A stretch of DNA of 63,523 nucleotides, the filler included, from Stramenopiles sp. TOSAG23-6 (lineage: Eukaryota): NCBI GenBank assembly GCA_900128565.1. It is 14 parts of 14 records of this genome, joined end to end, with 100 filler letters (N's around TTAATTAATTAA, not from the genome) between each part and the next. Parts side by side here need not be neighbours in the genome. Positions count along the whole stretch, not along the records: positions 1 to 4,468 come from LT637162.1; positions 4,569 to 9,035 come from LT637163.1; positions 9,136 to 13,595 come from LT637164.1; 11 more parts are not named here. One strand, written 5' to 3'. Shown here piece by piece: positions 1-12,100 of the stretch (positions within the stretch are counted from its first letter, which is position 1; every line of letters starts with the position of its first letter). The translations under genes were made by a program, and so were the position numbers. The notes beneath the pieces were generated by a model that was not told where the DNA came from, did no database searches, and saw only the letters and a program-made list of their open reading frames with translations.

Positions 1-1375
1 CATTACCACAATTTGCATTATATTCGGATAAATCAATTTCTCGCATGTAAGATGCAGGCGCAAAACCAGATACATTCGTAGTTCGATCTATCACAATCCA
101 CCACCCATCGCGTCGCTTTGTGATGACTTCAATAGTTTGATTGGCATATATAGACATTTCACCATCACCCTCACCAACAAAAGGAAACATTGCGATAGCA
201 TATGTTTTATCTGAAGCTCCTACTGAGTTTGGTTCATATTCCTTGTCCATTTTTTCTTGTATTTCTGTAGACGACTTTGTTGGTGTATTATTTCGTGATG
301 CATGCTGTCCAACAATTGCATCTTCTAAGTATGGTGCTTCAATTTCCCTTAAATATGCACCAGGTACAAAGCCTGATGAACCTGTTTGTGAGTTTATATT
401 TCGAACAAGCCACCATCCGTCGTGTCTTTGTTTCAGTACAGACAATTTATCACCTTTTTTTACTGACATTTCACCAGAGCTTTCGGACTTAAAATCATAA
501 TCGCACACGACATAAATTATTGCATCTTTTTTTCCTGTACCATTTTTTTTACCTGACGAATTATTATCTTTGGTCTTGGATTGCACAAGAGGAATCTGAG
601 GTATTTCATTAGTATTGTTGCGACGTAAACGACTAGTCAAAGGAATAGATCTTTCACTCAAAGCTGTCGCCACAGTCTTCTTTGAACTCTGAATTTTAGA
701 TTTATTTAAGCTAGCTCTAGACGTGTTAGATATTGTTGGGTTCATTCGAAGGTTTCCCGTAATTTTACCCGTAGACTCAATAGATAATGTTCGAGATGAT
801 CGCCCAAGAGACGATATATGACCGGGGCGTGCAAAACCAGGTGGTGGTCCGTGTGAGTTTGAATGACGCACAATTTTGTTCATCTGACCTTTGGGTGAGT
901 TTCCCGCGACACTGTCGTCTGAAGTGCTATGACGGCGATGAGCAGCAGCCGTTGCTGCACGACGAGTTGGTGAATTCTCATCAAAACTTTCAAACCCGTT
1001 TCCAACGTTTGCCATAATCTGAAGCGAAGAACCACCATATGCTCCAGGAATGAACTGCTGACAGGCAACATCTCTTCGCCTTGGACTATCCATTGATCGT
1101 CCACGCCGTTTCCTTGATTGCAAAGGGGAACAACTCAAAAGTTCATGTGAATCATGAGAATTACGTGATAATGCAGATCTGTATTTTGAAGACTCATCAA
1201 CTTTCAGTTTCGAAAGTGGTGAACTAGGTGGTGTATTCATTCCTGTTGCAAATAGCATCGCGTCTTTGAAAGCCTTTGCATCCATTCCATTCGACTCAAA
1301 CTCACAACCATTCTGTTTATCGATTACATCATGACTACCCTGCTTCTTCTTCTTCTTTTTCTTAAACAGCTTCAT
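1..1375 (-). CDS. 5' part of an SH3-SH3-RCC1-BTB-BTB protein; runs off position 1 and continues at 4413 through the circular junction
   Basis: ATG at 1375 (MKLFKKKK) is in frame with ORF 3881..4459 via the 55-nt terminal overlap. Two SH3 domains are visible (YVVCDYDF...GWWLVRN...GFVPGAYL; YAIAMFPF...GWWIV...GFAPASYMREI). Missing from the ORF track because it has no stop before the edge. Confidence 0.8.
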   Translation of the reverse strand, partial: MKLFKKKKKKKQGSHDVIDKQNGCEFESNGMDAKAFKDAMLFATGMNTPPSSPLSKLKVDESSKYRSALSRNSHDSHELLSCSPLQSRKRRGRSMDSPRRRDVACQQFIPGAYGGSSLQIMANVGNGFESFDENSPTRRAATAAAHRRHSTSDDSVAGNSPKGQMNKIVRHSNSHGPPPGFARPGHISSLGRSSRTLSIESTGKITGNLRMNPTISNTSRASLNKSKIQSSKKTVATALSERSIPLTSRLRRNNTNEIPQIPLVQSKTKDNNSSGKKNGTGKKDAIIYVVCDYDFKSESSGEMSVKKGDKLSVLKQRHDGWWLVRNINSQTGSSGFVPGAYLREIEAPYLEDAIVGQHASRNNTPTKSSTEIQEKMDKEYEPNSVGASDKTYAIAMFPFVGEGDGEMSIYANQTIEVITKRRDGWWIVIDRTTNVSGFAPASYMREIDLSEYNANCGN

Positions 1376-1959
1376 GCTTTCAACAATTAATTTACGAACG
1401 TCTGAACAAGATGACGATATAATGAAAAGACTACTGCGATACGCCTCTGCAGTCTGCTTCAAGTCAGTTCTTTTTGATGTTGACACATCAAGATTTTCGA
1501 GCGATTTTTCTACCTTTTTCTACGTATGAACAAGGTTATAGATTGGTATGAAAAGAAAAGTACTTGTACGGTTGGTACAGTACCATGTGATATGATATAT
1601 CATATACTAGTATATACTCAGCTATCATCATACGTAGGATTGGATAGTCGTTGACATCTAATCGTATAATACTAGTAGGGTCTACGCGTACTAACAGATT
1701 TTGATTTGTATTAGAATAGTCTGCCTTAAATGGTACTAGACTAATTAACAACACTACAATATTATAATAGAGTATATATGAAAGAATGTGACGTACACGT
1801 TCATTTCTTTATAAATAAATAGTATAAATAAAAGTATCATTAATTCGGTTATTAAATAAATAATCGGTAGACAAAAAGCACCTGAAAGAGTTATATGAAG
1901 TCAATACTCTCCACATCAGTAACATATTTATAAATCGTCAAGTGTAACTCGGCCAAGTT

Positions 1960-4468
1960 TCACGTGTAATGCACGTGTAAATGCTTTAGCTCCTCGCCTT
2001 GGTGTAAGTGGTGGTGAATGTGCTTTCCGTATTTTGCTTTAGTATTATATACATTAATATTTGAATATTCTACAGAGGACGCTTCCGCGTAACTATTAAT
2101 TGCAACTAATTCCACAAATCTGTGTAATATGTTTGAAGACGTAGACTTGGCAAGTTTTTTTACGTGAACAGCATTTTCTCGAGTTACACAGTGTTCCATG
2201 ATGAATATTTGTACCAACTGATGCAAGTCTTGTATTCTGTATTGATCACTCGCAACTAACAGTGCAACTGCAGCCTCATAATGCAGGGAAGGACCAACAC
2301 TAGCAGTGTATGTATAATTAATTAAACCTTGGACGGCTGTTGGTGGTAAAACAAGTCCAGAGAGTAATATATTATTGGCAATATTCTTGCTGCCTACGGA
2401 ATCGCAGTTGTTTTCATGGAAACCATTTGATAAACTTTCTTTAGATTTTTCAGATTTTTCTAGTTGAAATTTAAAATTGTTAAATAACACCGGTAATCGA
2501 GTAGCAAGAAAAGCACAATGCAAATTACTTACAGATGTACCTTCTTCTTCATTTTCGCACGATATACGAATATCGTCTAAATCACCTGATAAAGCATATG
2601 AAAGAAGAAGCGCTCGCTTATTCATTTGTTTTAGTTCCAACACTTTATTTGCTTCATTAATTCGTGTTTCTTTCAAATGTTTCTCAACAGATCGAAATGA
2701 TTTTCCACGAGCTCGTGTTTTTTTCATTAGTCGTCTTTCCTTAGCAGTAATTCTACGACGATGCTTTGTTATATTTGTTTCAGGTTTTGATATTTTATTT
2801 GAACAGCTGATGGCTGTACTATTATATAGTTCTGTATCTATTTTATCACCTGTTTCATCACTACTCCAGTCACTATTTGAATTACTTTTCGAATTATTTA
2901 TATTACTATCACGACTCATCATACTTTGTTCTGTTAGGACACTTTTTGAATCATCAAGAAACCAAGAATCATCGCCAAAACCACCAAAACCAAAATTATT
3001 ATACAGCAACTCATTCGTATCTACCATCGAAGAAGATTCCGATGATGTATCGCTGGCAAAGTCTTGCAATTCTTGATCCAATTCTTGATCGAATTCGTCA
3101 CTTTCAGTATTGTTAGTAGATAATGTAGTGTAATGTGATATGTCTGGAATTAAACTTGAAATTGACGCACTAGCCATTTTACATGAGGTTACATGAAGTT
3201 TTTGTATACAGGCATCAGCTTTATCTGGATTAATCATATCTTCTAAATATGCACAACTTCCACTGCACCATGTATCGTAACATGTAGAAATTTCATCATA
3301 GAGGGAAACAAGACTATTTGTTTTTTTATATGTAACGTATGAACCTTTATCGTCTAATTGCGGAGTTAAAATTCCAGAGTAAAAATACCGTAATAGAGCT
3401 TGGCAAACCTGCTTGGATGGTACTACATCTTCACTCCTTGTTTCCGTTATATTGACAGTTGTAGGAATAGACGCAAAAATGTTTTTAGCAATGAGTGCGT
3501 CACCATTTGTAATCTCATTCACATTGTGTTTTTTTAATTCAGTTTCCATTCGATCAAGCAAATGGTTTTTAAATAATTTCCATCGTTTACAAAGAATTGA
3601 TCGATGAACTTGAAATGTATGTTTACCCCATATTAAAGTAGTATCTGGTAGAATAGCTTGATTTTCCAAAGGAGAACTAAGACCAATCATACTTTGCATA
3701 TCTTTACACCAACATCTAATTGTGCGCAGGGAAATCCATTCTGTCATTTTTCCTGTTGCTGCTGGTGATCTACATCCAAACCAAGAAAATGAATTTGAGG
3801 AAAAGGAAGCACAAGTATTGTGAAAAAATATTTTACATTCGAAATTCGTTAAGTACAAAATTTGGTACAAAAAAATAAATTCAAAATTGAAATAATGGAA
3901 ACGTACAAAATACCCACGTATTTCTCATTCGGTCTTTTAGTTTATCTGGAACAGGAATGTGCAATCGAAGTGACGTACTTATAGCAGCAACACCATCTGA
4001 CCTAATATCGACATATTTTCTGTGTTTTCGTTGTCTAGGATGATTGTCGTCGTGAGGAATATTATTATAGCATATACCAGGCAAAAGAGCTGTAAAACCT
4101 TTACAAGCAGATTCCAACATGTCACAAGATATTAATTGTTCCTGCATATATTTTGGGTGTGGTTCAAAATCTGTCTCTCGGCGGTCTGGGTTAATACCTA
4201 CACCCCATCTATATATATATCCACGACGAGTAAGAGCAGAAGCAGCTGATACACCACAAGAAACAGAAATTACGTCGACATTTTGTAGTCCAGTAATTCG
4301 TACGGGATCATACATAAATGGTTGTGCTGCACACATTGAACCCCATTCATATACAGTGCCAGCACCATTACATGCAACAAAATATTCTTCTCCAAATGCA
4401 ACACATCGAAGAGCATTACCACAATTTGCATTATATTCGGATAAATCAATTTCTCGCATGTAAGATGC
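1960..4468 (-). CDS. 3' part of the same gene: RCC1-like repeats, one intron (3813-3906), then two BTB-like domains
   Basis: RCC1-like VISVSCG...ALTRRGYIYRWG. BTB-like FQVHRSILCKR...LLRYFYSG and LHCAFLATR...LINYTYT. Removing 3813-3906 joins WVF-C-ASF in frame. Confidence 0.75.
3813..3906 (-). mobile_element. Introner-like intron, GT...TT, TT/TT flanks
   Basis: TT|GTACGT...GTACTTAAC...CACAATAC TT|GT; removal restores the frame. Confidence 0.75.
4414..4468. repeat. 55-nt terminal direct repeat identical to 1-55 (circular-contig overlap)
   Basis: CATTACCACA...TAAGATGC is identical at both ends of contig 1. Confidence 0.95.
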
Positions 4469-4568
4469 NNNNNNNNNNNNNNNNNNNNNNNNNNNNNNNN
4501 NNNNNNNNNNNNTTAATTAATTAANNNNNNNNNNNNNNNNNNNNNNNNNNNNNNNNNNNNNNNNNNNN
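4469..4568. other. Artificial contig spacer (N-TTAATTAATTAA-N); 13 copies starting near 4469, 9036, 13596, 18155, 22709, 27263, 31815, 36356, 40895, 45430, 49957, 54484, 59005
   Basis: Identical ~100-nt N-flanked linker with stops in all six frames; intervening contigs decrease steadily in length. Confidence 0.97.
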
Positions 4569-4879
4569 TCAGCACATATGTTTTCAATATTGAATTTTTT
4601 TTTTTTTTTTTTTTTTTTTAATAAAAATTTTTATACCTAAAAAAAAAAAAAAAAAAAAGGTACTTATTTATAGGAGTACGTAGTACCTTTATAGGAAGAA
4701 CAGGTTTGCGCCGTGGCCAATCATTCGAATGTAAAAAACGTCTTGCTACCTACACCAACACAATTAGCATCAAACACAATTATGAATCTACCTGACACCA
4801 AGACGCGACACCACACATAGATGACTTAGTCTTGTTGGGACATTAATATTAATCCCACGTATATCGAGGCAGAATTGCA

Positions 4880-6095
4880 ATGCGTAAGGTCTATATAGTA
4901 AGTTTTACACTTGTATTTCTATGTTGTATCGAAGCTTGTTCACCACCTTGTACGGATGGTCAGTACTGTTACACGAGCAAAACAACTAGCAAAAAGAAGT
5001 GTGAGAACAAAAAGGAGAAAGGGGAGCAGTGCGACAAATCATATGACTCGTGTATTGACGATAAATGTATAATCCCATCAAATCGACAAAAATTAGGTTT
5101 TTGTGGGGGTTGCATTTATCACCAAGCCGCTTGTCTTTCTAGTACATTCTGCGAAAAAGAACCTGATAGAACATTTCGAGGAGAAGTTCCTGAGACAAGT
5201 CCTCGGGGAACTTGTCTTCCTAAAATTCGTAAAGGCGGTAACTGCACTCCCAGATATGATGAATCATGCGAAGGTAATCTGGTTTGTGTATTTAATAAAA
5301 AAAATCAAAAGGACGAGTGCCAGAAACCTTGCACTTCAAATGACAATTGTCCAGCACTAAAATATTGTGAACTGACCATTGGTAAGTGTTTCCGGCAAAA
5401 ATATCATGGTGATAAATGCAAACCAACTCCAATTAATCTAAAACAGTGCCATGGTAAGTTCAAGTGTGTTCGTAACACTTGTCGTTTCAATTCGAATCTT
5501 CCAGTGGAAGCCGTTCTTGTTCCTGCTATTTGTACGTTTTCATCGTGAATTTCTGAATTATTTTTTTTTCATACGAAATTTTGTACCTAACATTTTTTTT
5601 GAAATATTTTTTCACAATACATGTGGTGCTTTGGTATTTGTCGTACTTGTATCGCTGCTCTGCAAGTGCAAGACAAAAAAAGTTTCCAGTTTAACATTCA
5701 AAGCCACGACCGAAACAATTAGATATCCCCCCGTGGGACATGAAAGATCTAATAATTTATCTCGTGTTTGCTCTAAAACTGAATTATGTATGCTTGGTGC
5801 AGAAGATACGTTAAAAAGTAGTCTAGTTCAAGCGAATGTCGTGTCGGTTGTACGTTTTCAGAGTTGAATGTTTTACCCTGTATACTATTTTTTATAGAAA
5901 AGTTTGTACCTAACGATTTTTTTTTTTATTTTCGGTAAAAAAACAAAAAAAATATTTTTCACAGAACAGGGTTCAGATAGTCTTGATATTGATCAAGCGT
6001 TAGAAACGGATCAACAGGCGAGTGGAATTACCGTTCTTCAAGAAGAGCAGGGCATTGTTTTTGAACGACGCGAAACAACAAGCATGTGCCTTTAA
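4880..6095 (+). CDS. Cysteine-rich type I membrane protein (signal peptide, Cys repeats, one TM), introns 5532-5622 and 5850-5969
   Basis: Hydrophobic N-terminus, repeated C-x-C/YC units. Splicing gives the TM segment AVLVPAI-CGALVFVVLVSLLC and joins three ORF-track fragments in frame. Confidence 0.75.
5532..5622 (+). mobile_element. Introner-like intron, GT...AT
   Basis: T|GTACGT...TTGTACCTAAC...CACAATAC AT|GT; interrupts a TM helix. Confidence 0.75.
5850..5969 (+). mobile_element. Introner-like intron ending in canonical AG at the ATAC+2 register
   Basis: GTT|GTACGT...GTACCTAAC...CAGAAC AG|GGT, phase 0 on both sides. Confidence 0.65.
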
Positions 6096-6175
6096 TGAAA
6101 TTCAGTATAAATTTTGATATTTTGGAAGAGCCTTTAATGAAATTCAGTATAAATTTTGATATTTTGGAAGAGCCT
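6088..6175. repeat. 42-bp tandem duplication over the stop codon/3' region
   Basis: GCCTTTAATGAAATTCAGTATAAATTTTGATATTTTGGAAGA occurs twice. Confidence 0.9.
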
Positions 6176-6402
6176 ACTTTGTACTATAAAAGTTGATATC
6201 AATCAATATACTAAATAGTAGGTGAATTCCTACCAATAAAAATAAATGGTATGATAATATTGACTGACAATATTGAGTATGCTATTTTTTAGTTATAATT
6301 ATACAATTGAAAATCAAAATATCAAAGAGCCACCAAGCATTTTTAATTTTTTGATTTTATTTTGTTAGGTACAAAATTTCGTATTAAAAAAAAATCAAAA
6401 TA

Positions 6403-8409
6403 TCAAAGAGGATGTTCAAGCAGAAGTTCTATAGGCCACCAAGCACCACCATCAATTACTGGCACTTGTACACTTCGATTTGAAATTGCGACATCTCTAA
6501 TGCGAACACTATCGTCAGATGTATCCACAGCACCATCAGTATACGCAAACAAACCTGCCCACATAGGATACTCTACACGAACTTTATCAGATTTATTTGG
6601 TCCAAATACATGAATCCACCTTTGCTCTGTCAACATTTTCATTATACTTGTATTTGCTATACGAACGCGTGTTCCATCTGGTGTATCTTTGCTTACTTTA
6701 GAAAAGTTTTGCTTACTTTTATTATTTCCTGATGATTTTTGTTTTCGGGCATTTTTATTACTATTTTCAGTATTTTTTCTATTCTTTCCAGATCTAACTT
6801 GTTTTGGTCTCCCAATGACAGGAAAATTGCCTAGTCTTGGCTGTGGCGATCGTAGCATTTTGCCTACCCCACCTGATGTTTTCATTGCATCTGTTTCATT
6901 ATTCACAGTTTCACTATGATAACTTGTGTTCATAGTATGATTGATACTATTAAAACTCAAGGGTTCAACAGTATCAACATTATGATGATCAATAGTATTA
7001 TTAATCAGTGATGATGATGTATATCCTGCATTATTTTTGTCTTCATTGTTTTCTATATCCTCAAATGGTTTTGACTTTTTTTTTTCAAGTACTTTTTTTC
7101 TCGCTATTGTTCCGCGAGCATGTCTTTGAATAACTCCTACTGCCTTAACTTTTCTTTTCTCTTCCTTTTTGACTATAATACGTTTTTTTGCACCACGCAC
7201 TCGAATACGGCTTTGTATTTTTGTTGCTGCTTCATTTTCTGTTTGACCAATAATTAGTTGTATTCCATTATCAACTTCACGAGAATTCTCAAGAGGAACA
7301 GAATCGTTTCTTGCTTTTACTCGATCTTTGTCCGTAGGAAAAGAAAGAGATAATCGATGAGCAATATCAGATAACATTAGTTGTATTTGATCACTTTTTA
7401 AGTGTTTTCCTTGATTTCCTGGTAAATGCAAATGCATCTTATATCTTTGAGCCTTATCGTACGCTACTATAGTTACAACATTTCCTTGCTTTGATGTGGT
7501 TATATCAAGATTGATACCACGAATACAACGTTTTATTCTAAAGGAATTTGAAAGCTCTATTTTTGCTCTTTCCTCAAATTCAGCAATATTGCGTTCTCCT
7601 TGAATATCGATTGGTGCTACATGTTCTCTTTGCTGTCCAAGATTACGTGAATGGGAAACTTTTCGACCAAATCTTCGGTCACCTGACCTAGACGCTAAAC
7701 CTGATCTATTCAGCTTTCTCTCTGCCGCAGCAGTTGCAGCTATTCGACTACGTTCTCGAATGTCCCTATTTTTTGATACTGCTTTTGTACTTCTACTAGT
7801 AGATTCCTTAAATGCTGATTTACCCATTTTTGATAAACCAAGGGTGCTTAAACCAGACGAACTAGAAGTCGTTCGAGGTTTGGAACGTGAGTTTGGAGAA
7901 GGACTTTTTTGTGGTAGATATCCGACTGTAGGGTGTCGCCGCATACGTTTCAAAAATACTTCAATCTTTGCACGATCATCCTCCCATTTTTTAGTTCCTG
8001 CAAGCGTGCCTTTTTGCATTGAAATTGATTCCATCATCTTGATGTTTTCTCTTAGAATACGGCGTTGTCTAAGATTTCGTGCGTGACCAGCTTTTGATAC
8101 AAACTTGTGCTTCTGAGGTTTCATGTCCAAGGCAAATTTCCCGTTGGGGTCTCGTGATTTAATTTCAAAAAGCTTTCGCATAAGTTGCAAATTTTCCTTT
8201 GCCAGTTTCTTTTTACGTGCTTGTTTTTCTTGCAACTTCTTTGGGTTATTTTTTGTACCCAAGTATTTTGGGGGTGTATTGTCACAGCCTAATTTATCCT
8301 TTTGTGTCCTTTTTCTTGTTTTGAGAGCAGCAAGTCTGGATCGGTGAATTTGCTGTCGATGTGCGACATCCTTTGCAAATAAATAACGATTTGCATACAC
8401 TTGTGCCAT
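6403..8409 (-). CDS. CFAP97/Hemingway-domain protein with IQ motifs
   Basis: N-terminal HRSRL...DNTPP...ENLQLMRKL...RRILREN...KWEDD pattern; IQ-like AATKIQSRIR and IQRHARG. Confidence 0.6.
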   Translation of the reverse strand: MAQVYANRYLFAKDVAHRQQIHRSRLAALKTRKRTQKDKLGCDNTPPKYLGTKNNPKKLQEKQARKKKLAKENLQLMRKLFEIKSRDPNGKFALDMKPQKHKFVSKAGHARNLRQRRILRENIKMMESISMQKGTLAGTKKWEDDRAKIEVFLKRMRRHPTVGYLPQKSPSPNSRSKPRTTSSSSGLSTLGLSKMGKSAFKESTSRSTKAVSKNRDIRERSRIAATAAAERKLNRSGLASRSGDRRFGRKVSHSRNLGQQREHVAPIDIQGERNIAEFEERAKIELSNSFRIKRCIRGINLDITTSKQGNVVTIVAYDKAQRYKMHLHLPGNQGKHLKSDQIQLMLSDIAHRLSLSFPTDKDRVKARNDSVPLENSREVDNGIQLIIGQTENEAATKIQSRIRVRGAKKRIIVKKEEKRKVKAVGVIQRHARGTIARKKVLEKKKSKPFEDIENNEDKNNAGYTSSSLINNTIDHHNVDTVEPLSFNSINHTMNTSYHSETVNNETDAMKTSGGVGKMLRSPQPRLGNFPVIGRPKQVRSGKNRKNTENSNKNARKQKSSGNNKSKQNFSKVSKDTPDGTRVRIANTSIMKMLTEQRWIHVFGPNKSDKVRVEYPMWAGLFAYTDGAVDTSDDSVRIRDVAISNRSVQVPVIDGGAWWPIELLLEHPL

Positions 8410-8664
8410 CGATTTGACCCTAGTAACGGGATGACTTGTTTTTAATCAGGATAAAGTGCAGTGTAAATGAGTAGTAAGGCAAACAAACTTTGAGTAAGCG
8501 TCAAAGGTACTACGGAAAGTCTCGTGGAAAGTAACCGTTTTTTATCAGAACAAACCTGCCGCTTCGTAGTAGTAGGTGGGCACAGGTGGTTGCAGGTTAT
8601 TTCATTTCAGAGTGGTTATATAAAAACTTGTAGACCATACACTTCTATAATTAGAAAGGTCAAT

Positions 8665-8953
8665 ATGATTTATCAAAGAAGCATTGTTTTTCTTGTATAC
8701 ATTCTGAGTATATTTATGGTTGGTACTAGTGACTGTGGCCTGTGCACTGCAGGAAGTGGCCAATGGAAAGCAGACATTAGCAACATCAAGCCGGCTGAGG
8801 AGTCCTATACTTGTGCCCAACTCAAAGCTGGAGCAACATCCGAATGTGCTGTTGATAAAGAGAAGTATGATTTGTTTCGATACAGCTGCTGCGATGGCAT
8901 CACCCCTACATGTGGTTGTGGAAAAGACATTTCAAAGTACAAAGCAACGGACA
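8665..8953 (+). CDS. Secreted cysteine-rich protein, first exon (truncated by element and contig end)
   Basis: MIYQRSIVFLVYILSIFMVG signal-like start, Cys-rich; element begins GTACTT at 8954. Confidence 0.55.
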
Positions 8954-9188
8954 GTACTTTTTCAAAATTGAATTTCAAATTTTTTTTTTTTTTAGTTTTC
9001 GTACGAAATTTTGTACCTAACAAATTTCGAATTTANNNNNNNNNNNNNNNNNNNNNNNNNNNNNNNNNNNNNNNNNNNNTTAATTAATTAANNNNNNNNN
9101 NNNNNNNNNNNNNNNNNNNNNNNNNNNNNNNNNNNGTACGAAATTTCGTATGAAAAAAAAATAAATTAGAAATTCATATCAAACGTAC

Positions 9189-12100
9189 ATCCCTCTGCAA
9201 CAATTAATTCATCTTGAGAATTTTCATAAACAATTGTTATATGGATTTCTGGCATTTTGAAATTTGTTAAATAAAGGTCAAAGTTTTCACCCCAATAAGG
9301 ATCTGACATAACTGACATCTTTGTTATTTCGGACATTTTCCTTTTTTCTTCAATTGAGAAGTTCCCTCTTTTGTGTCTTCTAAATATGACGTCATTATTT
9401 ACTAACTCGCCCATTTCTTTTATTGTGAAAAATACTCTCAAATTATCTTCAACTTTTTCTGACGTTGGAAAATGAGATCCCCCAAATACAACAATATTGA
9501 TTTTATCGCTAAGAGTAATAGCTTCATCAGCATCCTCGCTTATTATTTTCTTTGATTCGCGTTTGATCTCAAGTTGTTTTATCGCTGCCTTCCTTGCATG
9601 AAACCTGCTGACTTGTCGCGTGATTGTATCAAATGCTTTTTCTACCCTCCCAGATTCATTCTCCAGACCAAAATATTCCAGAGTCGCACTGCGAGATAAC
9701 TTATTTGATGGGTGGGTGCTAAATGTAATCATTCGTGGTACCTCGGTAGAAGAATTTATCCTATCCAAGATTTCCTTAAATTTCAAATGCCCTATATTTT
9801 CATCGCCATCAAAGTTAATGAGATACATCCCTGGCACTACGCCTGCGTCACCGATTTCATTAATATCTCCAACCCTGGGGGGTATTATAGACACCACACG
9901 ACATCCATTATCCAAAAAACCAGGACAAAGGTTAAGTCCAATTGGGCCTGGAGGCACAGACACTGTTATTTGCCGTAATGAAGTTCGCCTAAATATTGCC
10001 TCTCGATTTTGTTCTCGTGCTAATTCTAGAGGTCTTTCCCATGCTACCCACATGATACCCACATTTCTATTTTGCAGTGTATATAAAGGAACCTCAAACA
10101 ACGAGGTTGGAGGCCTACGTAACATTCCAATCATCGCAGTTCCTATACCCAAAAGGTCTTCAGTCTCATTTACTACTTGAAAAACCTTAAACGTAATTTC
10201 TACCCGTTCAATGTTTTGGGTGTTTAACCAGAAAGTTTCATCACATGGCAAATTCTTCCCGAGATCTCTTGAAACAAAAGCACGTTCCCCCAAAGATTCT
10301 CCAACACCATTTTGTTGAATAAAATGAGCTTTCTCTTCCCATGATAATCCTTGTTCCCCAACAATTGCGTGGAACCTAATATTTTGTTTTTCAAGTGGAA
10401 GGTTTTGTGAAGGTAACCCATTGGTTGAAATCACATTCACTCTTACTCGATGGCTGACGTGTACAGTATTAGATATTGTCTTTTGTTGCGATTCAATATC
10501 AGAGATATTATCCAGGTACAAATATTTACTTTTGTTGCCATTTGATTCTTTCTCCGAATTTCTTTTTTTTTGTACAAATCTACGTACACATCTGGTAATA
10601 ATACCAATATATTTACCTTTCGGGTCAACACTCTTAATCAAAGTACATGTAGCTCCAATTGCAAGCAAATCTTTTGGTAAATTACGAGAAAATAAAAGCA
10701 TGCTTGATGAACTTTTTGATTTTTCCAAAGCCTTCATTGTATTTTCAAATGAACCACTTATCTCGACATCATTAATACTTGACAAATACATACCTAATAA
10801 AACACCTTGTACCTCTAGAGGACCTTTCGTATTGTCAGGTAATTTTGAAAATCCCATAATTCGGGCACCATATCCTCTGAAGCCTGGAGCAAAAATAGCA
10901 ACTGGAGATACTTTTGCTTCGAGTTTGACTTTTACTAAGATTTCTTTCACTTTTGCGCTTGGCAATATTCTCGACATCTCTGGGGTATTATCTACAAATA
11001 TCACTGCTCTATTCCAAATTATAGATAGCTCCCCACCATGAATCTTTGAAACCATACTAGTAGGCTTAAAAGGAATAGTAGATGGTGTTGAACCAGAATC
11101 TCTTTTTTGTGATATTAGAAAATGACACTCACCAATACAAGTAAAAATTTCCTTTTTAGATTCAAGTTCATATATTCTTATAGTTACCTCGGGATTTCTC
11201 AGATTTTCAACATTAACATTTATCGTATCATTGAAATACATATTTTGAGCTTTGACTAGCATCTTTGTATCCAATTTAAGAGATTTACCGGAAATATTAT
11301 CACATTTTGTAACAAATGAAACACCCCTTTCGCCAACAGCAATGCTAAGAAACACATTCTTTTTCTTTCCCCTGGTAAAAACTTCGTTAGGAACAATTAA
11401 GTTTTTCACACTAATAATATTAATTTGAATATCAGATGCAAACACAAGTTCTCGAGCAGCTTTTACACTGTGAATATTCAAGTGACCGCTGCTTCTTTGT
11501 CGCGCTATCCTCGCACGCCACTGAGTTTGCAGTCGAATTGCCGCCCGCTCTGGTGCAGTAACATTAGTATCTTCTGCATCATTCAGAAAACCAAATGATC
11601 TCAAGGTTGCTTTTTTGAGGCTTTCTTTAGTTGGTTGCGATGCAAATAGAAAAATCCTCGACGAAAGCTTTCCGTTTTTAATCTTAAGTGAAAGTTCTAC
11701 AAAATTCATATCCTCAACATTTACTTCATCTATTTCTATCAAATACATTCCGATGTGAACTCCATGGTCTTCTAAGAAGTTAGACCAAGAAGTAGACGAA
11801 GGATCGAACAAACCAGATACTCTTGCACCTCTTTGAAACATTGCCGCACAAAAATTACACCCCATCACCTTTCCTTTTGGAACATGTACTTTCACTTCAT
11901 AATTTTCTTTGTTTATAAGCTGAGGAATCAATGAAGATGCTTTGTTACGTAATAACGTCGATCGTTGCCAAGCAAAATTAATTTTACCAGACATTTTTCC
12001 AAATTCATTAAATACATAAAGATTTTGAATACTATCAGAGCTTCGCCCTTTCACTTCAATAAGACAAGCACCAATCATCCTATTGCCATGAGTTGTATAT

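Noticed and set aside
141-3607. Plus-strand ORFs over the first gene, and similar short antisense ORFs elsewhere
   Set aside because: They are shadow ORFs opposite real CDSs, with no recognisable motifs.
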